Positions 37,920 through 46,274 of a stretch of DNA of 64,000 nucleotides are shown in pieces. The first letter of the stretch is position 1, and every line of letters starts with the position of its first letter. The DNA lies in contig JBNJGY010000001.1 of assembly GCA_051748045.1 (NCBI GenBank), forward strand, positions 119,873-183,872. Reading direction: 5' to 3'. The notes beneath the pieces are model-generated. The model had not been told where the DNA came from. It saw only the letters and a list, made by a program, of their open reading frames with translations, and made no database searches. A program made the translations under genes and the position numbers. This stretch comes from Thermotogota bacterium (GTDB taxonomy: Bacteria; Thermotogota; Thermotogae; Petrotogales; Petrotogaceae).

Positions 37920-39713
37920 ATGGCTAATTATAAACAGTTTATCCTCATTTGTGGAGGTACAGGTTGTGTTTCCTCTGGTAGTGGGGATATTATAGATAAG
38001 TTTAATGAAATATTAGAAAAAAAGGATTTAAAAGATTCAGTTCAAATTGTTAGAACTGGTTGTTTTGGATTCTGTGAACAAGGTCCTATAGTTAAATTTT
38101 TACCGGATAACACTTTTTATGTGAAAGTTACTGAGAATGACGTTGAAGAACTCATTAATGAACATGTTATAAAAGGTAGAAGAGTAACTAAATTATTATA
38201 TGAAGAACCAGAAAAAAAAGAAAGACTTGAAGAATCAACTCAAATGCCTTTTTACAAGAAACAGATAAGAATGTCATTGAGAAATGCTGGGGCTATAAAT
38301 CCAGAAGACATAAAAGAATATATTGCAAACGATGGATATTTAGGTCTAGCTAAAGCCTTGAAAGAAATGACAAGAGATGAAATAATCGAAAATTTATTAG
38401 AATCAGGTTTAAGAGGAAGAGGAGGGGGAGGATTCCCTTCAGGACTTAAATGGCAATTTGCTAAAAAAGCTAAAAGTGAAAAAAAATATATAGTTTGTAA
38501 TGCTGATGAAGGTGACCCAGGAGCTTTCATGGATAGATCTGTTCTTGAAGGAGACCCTCATAACGTGATAGAAGGAATGGCTTTAGCTGGTTATGCAGTT
38601 GGAGCTGATGAAGGGATTGTCTATATCAGAGCTGAATATCCTCTTGCTGTTCAAAGGCTAAAAAAAGCCATTAATGATGCAAAAGAATATGGTTTCTTAG
38701 GAGAAAACATATTTGATACTGGCTTTAATTTTGATATCGATGTCAGATTAGGTGCAGGAGCTTTTGTTTGTGGTGAAGAAACTGCCTTGATGCATTCTAT
38801 TGAAGGATATAGAGGCGAACCAACAACAAAACCACCTTTCCCAGCTAACAGTGGATTATGGGAAAAACCTACTCTTATAAATAATGTTGAAACTTTTGCT
38901 AATGTTCCATTAATTACTCTCAAAGGTGCAGAATGGTTTAGAAAAACTGGAACAGAAAAATCTCCAGGAACAAAAGTTTTTGCTTTAGCAGGAGCTATTA
39001 ATAACGTTGGTCTTGTAGAAGTTCCTATGGGTACTACTTTAAGAGATATAGTATTTGAAATTGGTGGAGGTATCAGAGATAATAAAGCATTTAAAGCCGT
39101 ACAAACTGGTGGCCCTTCAGGAGGATGTATTCCTGCTGATTATCTTGACACACCAATTGATTTTGATAATCTTTCTGCTTTAGGATCTATGATGGGATCT
39201 GGTGGAATGATCGTTATGGATGAAAATTCATGTATGGTAGATGTTTCTAAATTCTATCTAGAATTTACTGTTGAAGAATCATGTGGTAAATGTACTCCTT
39301 GTAGAATTGGAAATGTTAGATTACTCGAAATCCTTGAAAGAATCACAACTGGAAGAGGAACTAAAAAAGATCTTAAAGCTTTAGAAGAATTGGGTAGTGT
39401 AATTAAAGATTCATCACTCTGTGGATTAGGTCAAACAGCACCAAATCCTATACTTTCTACTTATCATTACTTTAAAGATGAGTATGTGGCTCATGTTGAA
39501 GACAAATCTTGTCCTGCTGGAGCATGTAAGAGTCTTGTAAAATATGTTATAGATGAAGAAAAATGTGTAGGTTGTACAGCTTGTGCAAGAGTATGTCCTG
39601 TTGAAGCGATAGAGGGAGAAATTAAAAAACCTCATGAAATAGATCAAGAAAAATGTATAAAATGTGGTGCTTGTTATCAAACTTGTAGATTTGGCGCCAT
39701 AAGTAAAATATAA
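37920..39713 (+). CDS. hydB: [FeFe]-hydrogenase NuoF-like flavoprotein subunit (NAD(P)H/FMN, Fe-S)
   Basis: An N-terminal [2Fe-2S] thioredoxin-like domain, FMN motif GRGGGGFP, NADH motif GAGAFVCGEETAL, the SLCGLGQ cluster and two C-terminal CxxCxxCxxxCP ferredoxin motifs. Confidence 0.9.
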   Translation: MANYKQFILICGGTGCVSSGSGDIIDKFNEILEKKDLKDSVQIVRTGCFGFCEQGPIVKFLPDNTFYVKVTENDVEELINEHVIKGRRVTKLLYEEPEKKERLEESTQMPFYKKQIRMSLRNAGAINPEDIKEYIANDGYLGLAKALKEMTRDEIIENLLESGLRGRGGGGFPSGLKWQFAKKAKSEKKYIVCNADEGDPGAFMDRSVLEGDPHNVIEGMALAGYAVGADEGIVYIRAEYPLAVQRLKKAINDAKEYGFLGENIFDTGFNFDIDVRLGAGAFVCGEETALMHSIEGYRGEPTTKPPFPANSGLWEKPTLINNVETFANVPLITLKGAEWFRKTGTEKSPGTKVFALAGAINNVGLVEVPMGTTLRDIVFEIGGGIRDNKAFKAVQTGGPSGGCIPADYLDTPIDFDNLSALGSMMGSGGMIVMDENSCMVDVSKFYLEFTVEESCGKCTPCRIGNVRLLEILERITTGRGTKKDLKALEELGSVIKDSSLCGLGQTAPNPILSTYHYFKDEYVAHVEDKSCPAGACKSLVKYVIDEEKCVGCTACARVCPVEAIEGEIKKPHEIDQEKCIKCGACYQTCRFGAISKI

Positions 39714-39735
39714 TTCCGAAAGGAGGAAATATTAG

Positions 39736-41472
39736 ATGCCTAAGGTATTCGTTAATAATATAGAGATAGAAGTTCCAGATAATTCAACAGTTTTACAAGC
39801 TGTAAATAAAGCTGGAGGTTATGTTCCAACTTTGTGTTATATGAATTTAGAAGATATAGGAGTTGAAAATAAACCTGCATCATGTAGAGTATGTGTTGTT
39901 GAGGTTGAAGGTAGAAGAAATTTGGCTCCTGCTTGTGCTACTCCAGTTTTTGAAGGTATGAAAATAAACACTCATTCAAGAAGGGCTATTAACGCTAGAA
40001 GAACTGTTGTTCAACTCTTGTTATCAGATCATCCACAGGATTGTTTAAAATGTCCAAAAAATGGTGAGTGTGATTTACAAGATATCGCTGCAGAATTAAA
40101 TATTACTCATAATCCATACATGGGAAATAAATCTATGTACGATAAAGATATTTCATCTGCTATAATAAGAGACCCAGATAAATGTATTATGTGTAGAAAA
40201 TGTGAAACAGCATGTAATGAATATCAAACTGTAGGTGTTTTATCAGCTGTAGAAAGAGGTTTTGATTCAGTTGTAAAACCAACTTTTGATTGGTCTTTAG
40301 AAGATACAAATTGTACTTTTTGTGGTCAATGTGTGGCTGTATGTCCTACTGCAGCATTGGTTGAAAATGATTATATTCAAGAAGTATGGAATGAATTAGA
40401 AGATAAAGAAAAACATGTTGTTGTTCAAACAGCTCCAGCTGTTAGAGTGGCTCTAGCTGAAGAATTTGGACACAAACCTGGAACAATTTCAACTGGGAAA
40501 CTAGTTGGAGTTCTTAAAATGATGGGTTTTGAAAAAGTTTTTGATACAAACTTTGCAGCTGACTTGACTATTATGGAAGAAGCTACTGAATTTGTTGATA
40601 GATTACAAAATGGTGGAACAATGCCTATGTTGACTTCTTGTTGTCCAGGCTGGGTCAAATTCTTAGAACATCAGTTCCCTGAATTAATAGAAAGCCCGTC
40701 TACAGCAAAATCACCTCAACAAATGTTTGGTTCAATCGCAAAATCTTACTATGCAGAACAAAATGATATAGATCCAAAAAATATGACTGTTGTTTCTATT
40801 ATGCCTTGTTTAGCTAAAAAATATGAAGCTGGTAGAGATGAATTAAACGCTAGCGAAGAATATAAAGATGTAGATTACGTTATCACAACAAGAGAATTAG
40901 CTAAAATGATCAAAGAAGCAGGATTTAATTTTGACTCTATACCAGAAGTTAAATATGATAACCCTCTAGGTGAATCAACAGGTGCTGCTGCAATTTTTGG
41001 TAGAACTGGTGGAGTAGCTGAAGCTGCTTTAAGAACCGCTTATGAGTGGGTTACAGGCGAAGAACTTCCAGGGATAGAATTTGAAGGACTTCATGGTTAT
41101 GACTCTATAAGAGTTGCTGATGTTGATATAAAAGGCACTCCTATAAGAGTAGGTGTAGCATTTGGTCTTGGAAGTGTAAGGAAATTGTTAGAGGATATAA
41201 GAGATGGAAAAGAAAAAGTTGATTTAATTGAAGTTATGGCATGTCCTGGTGGATGTGTTGGTGGAGGTGGACAACCTTATCACCACGGAGACTTTGAAGT
41301 TATCAAAAAAAGAATTGAAGCATTGAATAATGTGGATAGAACTTCAACGATAAGAAAATCTCATGAAAACCCATATATCAAGAAACTCTATGATGAATTT
41401 TTAGAAAAACCAGGTTCTCATAAATCACATGAGTTATTACATACTCATTACCTACAAAGAGAATGGTTATAA
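39736..41472 (+). CDS. hydA: [FeFe]-hydrogenase catalytic subunit (group A, multimeric/bifurcating type)
   Basis: N-terminal [2Fe-2S] and [4Fe-4S] domains. The three H-cluster motifs are present: TSCCPGW, MPCLAKKYE and EVMACPGGCVGGGGQP. Confidence 0.92.
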   Translation: MPKVFVNNIEIEVPDNSTVLQAVNKAGGYVPTLCYMNLEDIGVENKPASCRVCVVEVEGRRNLAPACATPVFEGMKINTHSRRAINARRTVVQLLLSDHPQDCLKCPKNGECDLQDIAAELNITHNPYMGNKSMYDKDISSAIIRDPDKCIMCRKCETACNEYQTVGVLSAVERGFDSVVKPTFDWSLEDTNCTFCGQCVAVCPTAALVENDYIQEVWNELEDKEKHVVVQTAPAVRVALAEEFGHKPGTISTGKLVGVLKMMGFEKVFDTNFAADLTIMEEATEFVDRLQNGGTMPMLTSCCPGWVKFLEHQFPELIESPSTAKSPQQMFGSIAKSYYAEQNDIDPKNMTVVSIMPCLAKKYEAGRDELNASEEYKDVDYVITTRELAKMIKEAGFNFDSIPEVKYDNPLGESTGAAAIFGRTGGVAEAALRTAYEWVTGEELPGIEFEGLHGYDSIRVADVDIKGTPIRVGVAFGLGSVRKLLEDIRDGKEKVDLIEVMACPGGCVGGGGQPYHHGDFEVIKKRIEALNNVDRTSTIRKSHENPYIKKLYDEFLEKPGSHKSHELLHTHYLQREWL

Positions 41473-41478
41473 TATTTT

Positions 41479-41506
41479 AAAAGGAGCCTAACGGCTCCTT
41501 TTATTT
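41479..41506 (+). terminator. Intrinsic terminator after hydA
   Basis: AAGGAGCC-TAAC-GGCTCCTT followed by TTATTTAAATT (interrupted T-run). Confidence 0.6.
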
Positions 41507-41579
41507 AAATTAAATGAAAACTTTTTAAGATATAATAATTGATGTAAATAATAATTTATATTATAAGAGGTGAAACAAG

Positions 41580-42005
41580 ATGAATTCATACGCTATGATT
41601 CTCACAGCTAAAAATGAATCAGAAGCATTCAAAAAAGCCAGTAAAGGTGCAGAAAGGTACGGAGATTACAATGTTTCTTCTTGCCTCAATTACACAGCAG
41701 AAGAACAGTTATTCGATAAAACTGCCCAAAGAATGATTGATATGTATAAAGGTTTGATTAAAGCTAATAAAGAACTTATAGATAAGTTTGAAGATAAAGT
41801 TCCTGAAGACGATTTCATTTTGAACCAGATGAAAGAAAACTTAATAAGATTTGATAAAGGGTTATATAAATATCCTGATGAATGGAGAATAGTATTTTTT
41901 GATGGAACCGATTTTGAACATATAGATTCTATAGAAATTTATGAAAATATATTCAAGTCTTATAATAATAAAGACTTATACATGGCTTTAATAGATACAC
42001 CATAA
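41580..42005 (+). CDS. Hypothetical protein
   Basis: 141-aa ORF with an AGAGGTGA SD. The composition looks coding, but I recognise no family. Confidence 0.4.
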   Translation: MNSYAMILTAKNESEAFKKASKGAERYGDYNVSSCLNYTAEEQLFDKTAQRMIDMYKGLIKANKELIDKFEDKVPEDDFILNQMKENLIRFDKGLYKYPDEWRIVFFDGTDFEHIDSIEIYENIFKSYNNKDLYMALIDTP

Positions 42006-42035
42006 AAAAAGAAGAGCTTAAGCTCTTCTTTTTTT
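42004..42035. terminator. Bidirectional intrinsic terminator (hypothetical gene / copZ)
   Basis: A7-GAAGAGC-TTAA-GCTCTTC-T8, flanked by convergent stop codons. Confidence 0.8.
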
Positions 42036-42237
42036 ACATGTAAATTCTTGAGGGGTACCCTGCATCATCTAATAATTTTTGAACTAAATCAGATGGTTTT
42101 TCTGTTTCAACATGTACTTTTTTATTGTTTAAATCAACTTCAAACCCTGTTATAGATTTTTCGTCTGATAATGCTTTCTCTATAGTGGATTTACAGTGTT
42201 CACAAGACATGTCAGGAACATCAAATGTATATTTCAC
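42034..42237 (-). CDS. copZ: Copper chaperone CopZ (heavy-metal-associated domain)
   Basis: 67 aa with the MSCEHC metal-binding motif, immediately downstream of copA. Confidence 0.85.
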   Translation of the reverse strand: MKYTFDVPDMSCEHCKSTIEKALSDEKSITGFEVDLNNKKVHVETEKPSDLVQKLLDDAGYPSRIYM

Positions 42238-42250
42238 TACAATACCTCCT

Positions 42251-44422
42251 TTAAAATTCTTTTTTTATTCTATTTGAATTTACTATCACGTTTATGGAGC
42301 TAAATATCATTGCTATTTCCGCTATAGCGGGATGAAGCGCCCCACTCATAGCAAGAGGGATAGCAATTAAATTATAAAAAAAAGCCCAAAAAAGATTTTG
42401 TTTGATTTTTTTGAAAGTTACTTTAGAAATATTTATTGAATCGATAATTCTTTCTAGTTCACCTTTGATCGAAACAATATCAGCACTTTCTATTGCTAAA
42501 TCAGTTCCTGTACCAATAGCCACAGATAAATCTGCAGCTTTTAAAGCAGCAGCGTCATTTATTCCATCACCAACCATACAAACTTTTTTACCTTCCATCT
42601 GAAGTTTGTTAATTATATTTACTTTATCTTTAGGCTTCATTTCAGCTTCGTAGTAATCAATCCCAATTGTTTCTGCAACTTTTTTCGCAGTGATGTTATT
42701 ATCGCCAGTTAAAATATATGTTTTTAATCCCATTTTTTTTAATTTTTGAATTGTATTTTTTGCACTTGGTTTTATTGGATCTTCTAATGATATATATCCA
42801 AGTTTGTACCCATTTTTTCTAATTTCAACAATTGTATTTTTCCCATTTAATAATTTTATATAATCATTAGGATTTTCTGGTTTGCCTATAAAATATTTAT
42901 TTTTTTTGAATTCTCCATAAATGCCTTTTGATGTAACCTCTTCAACATTAATAAAATCTATTTTTTTATTATTATTACTATTTTTCGTATAATCTATGAT
43001 TGCATTGGCTAGAGGATGATTAGAATACTCTTCTAATGCAGATATAATTTGAATTTCTCTTTCTGAAAGACTATGTTCTGCTATTACAGGATTTCCTTCT
43101 GTTATAGTTCCTGTTTTATCAAATACAATAGTATCTATATCTTTTGATATTTGAATAGCAGATCCATTTCTTATAATTAGACCTTTTTTAGCTGCAACGC
43201 CACTTCCAGACACCAATGCCATCGGAATAGCTAAACCTAAAGCGCATGGACAAGCTATAACTAGAGTCGCTACAAATACAAAAATAGATTGAGATATTAT
43301 GTTAATATCTTCTTTAATCCAAAATAGATTATTCGACAAAAATTCATAATAACCTGATAAATTGTTAAAATTAAAATACCAGAATAGAGCACTAAATATT
43401 GCTAATCCAAATACTATAGGAATAAAATAGTTTGTTATTTTATCAGCAAATGATTGAATAGGTATTTTAGCAGATTGTGATTCTTCAATTAATTTTATCA
43501 TTTGATTTAGAAAAGTCTCTTCTCCTACATTTTGAACTTCTACTTTAATCATACCATTTTCATTTACAGTTCCACCAATTACTTCATCTTCTTTTTCCTT
43601 GTAAACAGGAATTGGTTCACCAGTTATCATAGATTCATTAATACTGGCATTACCATATATTATTTCTCCATCTAATGGTATTTTTGAACCTTTTTTAACT
43701 ACTATAATATCTCCCTTTTTAACGCTTTCAATTGGAACTTCAATAATCTCTTCTTCTTCAGTTTCTACATAAGCTATATAAGACTTAAGTTCCAATAAAT
43801 TTTTTATTTCTTTTGAGGCATTTCTTTTTAGCTTGGATTCTATAAACCTTCCTAAAATATGTAGATTTATAAGCATAGCTGCCAATGTTCCAAATGAAAA
43901 AATATTTAACCCCACTACCGATAATAAATTAGTTAACCAAGCAGATATCCCACCAAGGCTAACTAATGTATCCATATTTGTATGACCATGGGTAATCGCA
44001 ATAAACGCACCTTTGAATGTTTTTCTTCCAGAATAAAATAAAACAAATCCAGAAGATAATAATTCTATAAAATGAAATAAAGGTGTTTTTACACCAAACA
44101 TATTTAAGACCATAAGAATCATCAAAGGAATAGTAATAGAAGAAGCTATTATGAGATTTTTTTTTGATTTTTTATATTTTTCTTCTAAAACATCTTTAGA
44201 TATTCTTTTTTTTATAGCTTTGTATCCTGCATTCTTTATTGCTTGTTGAATTTTATCAAAGGATATCTCATATTCTGATATTAAAAAAACTCTTTCTGTT
44301 GCTAAATTGACAGAAACATACTTTACAAAATCCATTTTTTTCAATGTTTTTTCTACATTTCTAACACACCCAGCACAAGTCATCCCTTCTACAGAAAAAT
44401 TTATCTTATATTCATTATCCAT
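42251..44422 (-). CDS. copA: Copper-translocating P1B-type ATPase
   Basis: N-terminal HMA domain (GMTCAGC), TM CPC motif (ACPCALGLA), DKTGTIT phosphorylation site and the GDGINDAAAL hinge. Confidence 0.92.
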   Translation of the reverse strand: MDNEYKINFSVEGMTCAGCVRNVEKTLKKMDFVKYVSVNLATERVFLISEYEISFDKIQQAIKNAGYKAIKKRISKDVLEEKYKKSKKNLIIASSITIPLMILMVLNMFGVKTPLFHFIELLSSGFVLFYSGRKTFKGAFIAITHGHTNMDTLVSLGGISAWLTNLLSVVGLNIFSFGTLAAMLINLHILGRFIESKLKRNASKEIKNLLELKSYIAYVETEEEEIIEVPIESVKKGDIIVVKKGSKIPLDGEIIYGNASINESMITGEPIPVYKEKEDEVIGGTVNENGMIKVEVQNVGEETFLNQMIKLIEESQSAKIPIQSFADKITNYFIPIVFGLAIFSALFWYFNFNNLSGYYEFLSNNLFWIKEDINIISQSIFVFVATLVIACPCALGLAIPMALVSGSGVAAKKGLIIRNGSAIQISKDIDTIVFDKTGTITEGNPVIAEHSLSEREIQIISALEEYSNHPLANAIIDYTKNSNNNKKIDFINVEEVTSKGIYGEFKKNKYFIGKPENPNDYIKLLNGKNTIVEIRKNGYKLGYISLEDPIKPSAKNTIQKLKKMGLKTYILTGDNNITAKKVAETIGIDYYEAEMKPKDKVNIINKLQMEGKKVCMVGDGINDAAALKAADLSVAIGTGTDLAIESADIVSIKGELERIIDSINISKVTFKKIKQNLFWAFFYNLIAIPLAMSGALHPAIAEIAMIFSSINVIVNSNRIKKEF

Positions 44423-44438
44423 AATAAAAAACCTCCTT

Positions 44439-44454
44439 ACCCCCTGTAGGGGGT
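44439..44454 (-). promoter_or_regulatory. GC-rich inverted repeat ACCCCCT-NN-AGGGGGT on the copA leader (candidate CsoR-type operator or 5'-UTR hairpin)
   Basis: Perfect 7-bp arms with a 2-nt spacer. It starts 7 nt downstream of a TATAAT (44467-44462, minus strand) and is followed after 2 nt by the copA SD (AAGGAGG). Confidence 0.4.
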
Positions 44455-44502
44455 TATTTTTATTATATCTAATGATTGTTAAATATATTTTAAAACAATA
44501 AT

Positions 44503-44538
44503 AAAAAACTCTCGCAATTAAACATACGAGAGTTTTTT
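44503..44538. terminator. Bidirectional intrinsic terminator downstream of the 553-aa gene
   Basis: A6-CTCTCG-loop-CGAGAG-T6. Confidence 0.7.
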
Positions 44539-44548
44539 ATTATTGTTT

Positions 44549-46210
44549 TTATTGAACTTTTAAAATAACTTGTTTTATCTCAGAATCATCTTGTTTATTA
44601 TACATTTCTATTATAGCAGTTTTTAATTGAGACTTAATTTTTTCCATACCTTTAACTGATTGAAACTCATCATAATTGTTCATTGAGAAAACTAATCTTA
44701 GATTATCAAATACTTTTAAATAGTTATTTTCTATAAATTGTTTTAATGATTCTGTATTTACAACCAAAGAATATTCTTCTACAGTAACTCTTTGATCTCT
44801 AGCTGATATTTGATAACTATTTTCAATAATTGTTGATTTATATTCTTCATTTGTATTAATGTATCTTATATCAGGATTTTCAGAGCCATAGTATTTTATT
44901 TCAGTAAAACCTAAAAATTCAGGATTTTCTAAACTTTCAATTGAATATACTCCAACTCTATCATCATTGAACCTTACATATAAATAATTATTAGCAATAG
45001 TTATTTTATCAATATCATCTAATTCTATAGATTTAATCATTTTTGGATTTGATGGATTTGAAACATTAGCAATATTTATCCCTTCGGAATCTCTTAGAAT
45101 ATAAATATAATTTCTATCTTTAACAACATCTTTTACTGTTCCGCCTACATCAATTGTATTAATTTCCTCTGGGTTTCTTGGATCAATTACTTCATAAATT
45201 GTAACCCCTTCTCTTCCTGAAGGAGAGTATAGATATGTTTTTTCAGGTAAATTCCTAGTTGTAAAATCTATTGTATTTTTGGTTTCTGAATTTCCATCAG
45301 AAGCTTTTACTTCAAGAGTATAATTAGTTTCATATTCTAAATCTTCAAGTCTTATTTTTTTATTTCTTGATCTTGTTTGAATATTTTTTGTGTTTTTGCT
45401 TGATTTTAGTGTAACAGTATATAATATTTCATCATTTTCTTTATCACTTGAATTAAAAGTTATATTTATAGAATTCAAAGGATCAACCGTTTCTCCATTT
45501 GAGATCCCTTTAATTTCTGGTGTCTCGGGTGGTGTATTACTTGATATTTCATATGATTTTGAATATTCATAAATTTGTTCATTTTTTACTACGGAAAATC
45601 TAAAATCATTGTAATTTTCAAGATTATTAATCGAAAATGAATTTTTATCAAAAGAATTAAATAAAAAATATTGGTTTCCATCTTTTTTATAGACCAAGTA
45701 TTCATCATACCCTTCTGGTAAATCTACATTTAAAGTATCCCCAACCCAGGTGTGATCTATAGAGTATTTTATAGATGGTTTTGATAATTCAATATTTATT
45801 GTTTTATTATCATCTAGAAAAACTTCTTTTTCCCCTTGATAAGATTTTAATGATTCTTGATTAAGAACTGAAAGAACGACATTATAATTCCCACTTTTAA
45901 TGTTTTCTAACACTATACTTTCATCTAAATTAAAATCTAATGAGTATTCTTTATTTCCAGTGAGCTTTACATTTATTTTTTCTATATTTTCTCTAACTAT
46001 AGAATTTGGGATTTCATAATTAATTGTAAGATCATAATTTTTATTAAAAATGGTAAAAATGACTATAAGTACAAGTGTAAAAACTAATATAATTCCTATA
46101 GCGGAAAAAAGTATTATTTTCTCTTTTTTATTATTTTTTGTATAATTTTCTTCATTAACTAATTCTTCAAATTCATGATTTTCATTTTTATTTTCATCCA
46201 TTTTTATCAC
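44549..46210 (-). CDS. Membrane-anchored protein with Fn3-like and LVIVD-like beta-propeller-type segments
   Basis: It has an N-terminal TM anchor (ILFSAIGIILVFTLVLIVIFTIF). An Fn3-like module spans TPPETPEI...NYTLEVKASDGN...IDFTT. There are also repeats of the ..V.NPSNP.. type. No specific family is recognised. Confidence 0.5.
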   Translation of the reverse strand: MIKMDENKNENHEFEELVNEENYTKNNKKEKIILFSAIGIILVFTLVLIVIFTIFNKNYDLTINYEIPNSIVRENIEKINVKLTGNKEYSLDFNLDESIVLENIKSGNYNVVLSVLNQESLKSYQGEKEVFLDDNKTINIELSKPSIKYSIDHTWVGDTLNVDLPEGYDEYLVYKKDGNQYFLFNSFDKNSFSINNLENYNDFRFSVVKNEQIYEYSKSYEISSNTPPETPEIKGISNGETVDPLNSINITFNSSDKENDEILYTVTLKSSKNTKNIQTRSRNKKIRLEDLEYETNYTLEVKASDGNSETKNTIDFTTRNLPEKTYLYSPSGREGVTIYEVIDPRNPEEINTIDVGGTVKDVVKDRNYIYILRDSEGINIANVSNPSNPKMIKSIELDDIDKITIANNYLYVRFNDDRVGVYSIESLENPEFLGFTEIKYYGSENPDIRYINTNEEYKSTIIENSYQISARDQRVTVEEYSLVVNTESLKQFIENNYLKVFDNLRLVFSMNNYDEFQSVKGMEKIKSQLKTAIIEMYNKQDDSEIKQVILKVQ

Positions 46211-46235
46211 CTCAAAGGAATTATATCATATTTAT

Positions 46236-46266
46236 AAAAAAAAGGCATCATGTTTCAGATGCCTTT
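46236..46266 (-). terminator. Intrinsic terminator after pgk/tpi
   Basis: Minus strand reads AAAGGCATC-TGAAACAT-GATGCCTTT followed by a T-run (8 consecutive T including the stem's terminal TTT). Confidence 0.8.
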
Positions 46267-46274
46267 GATATATT

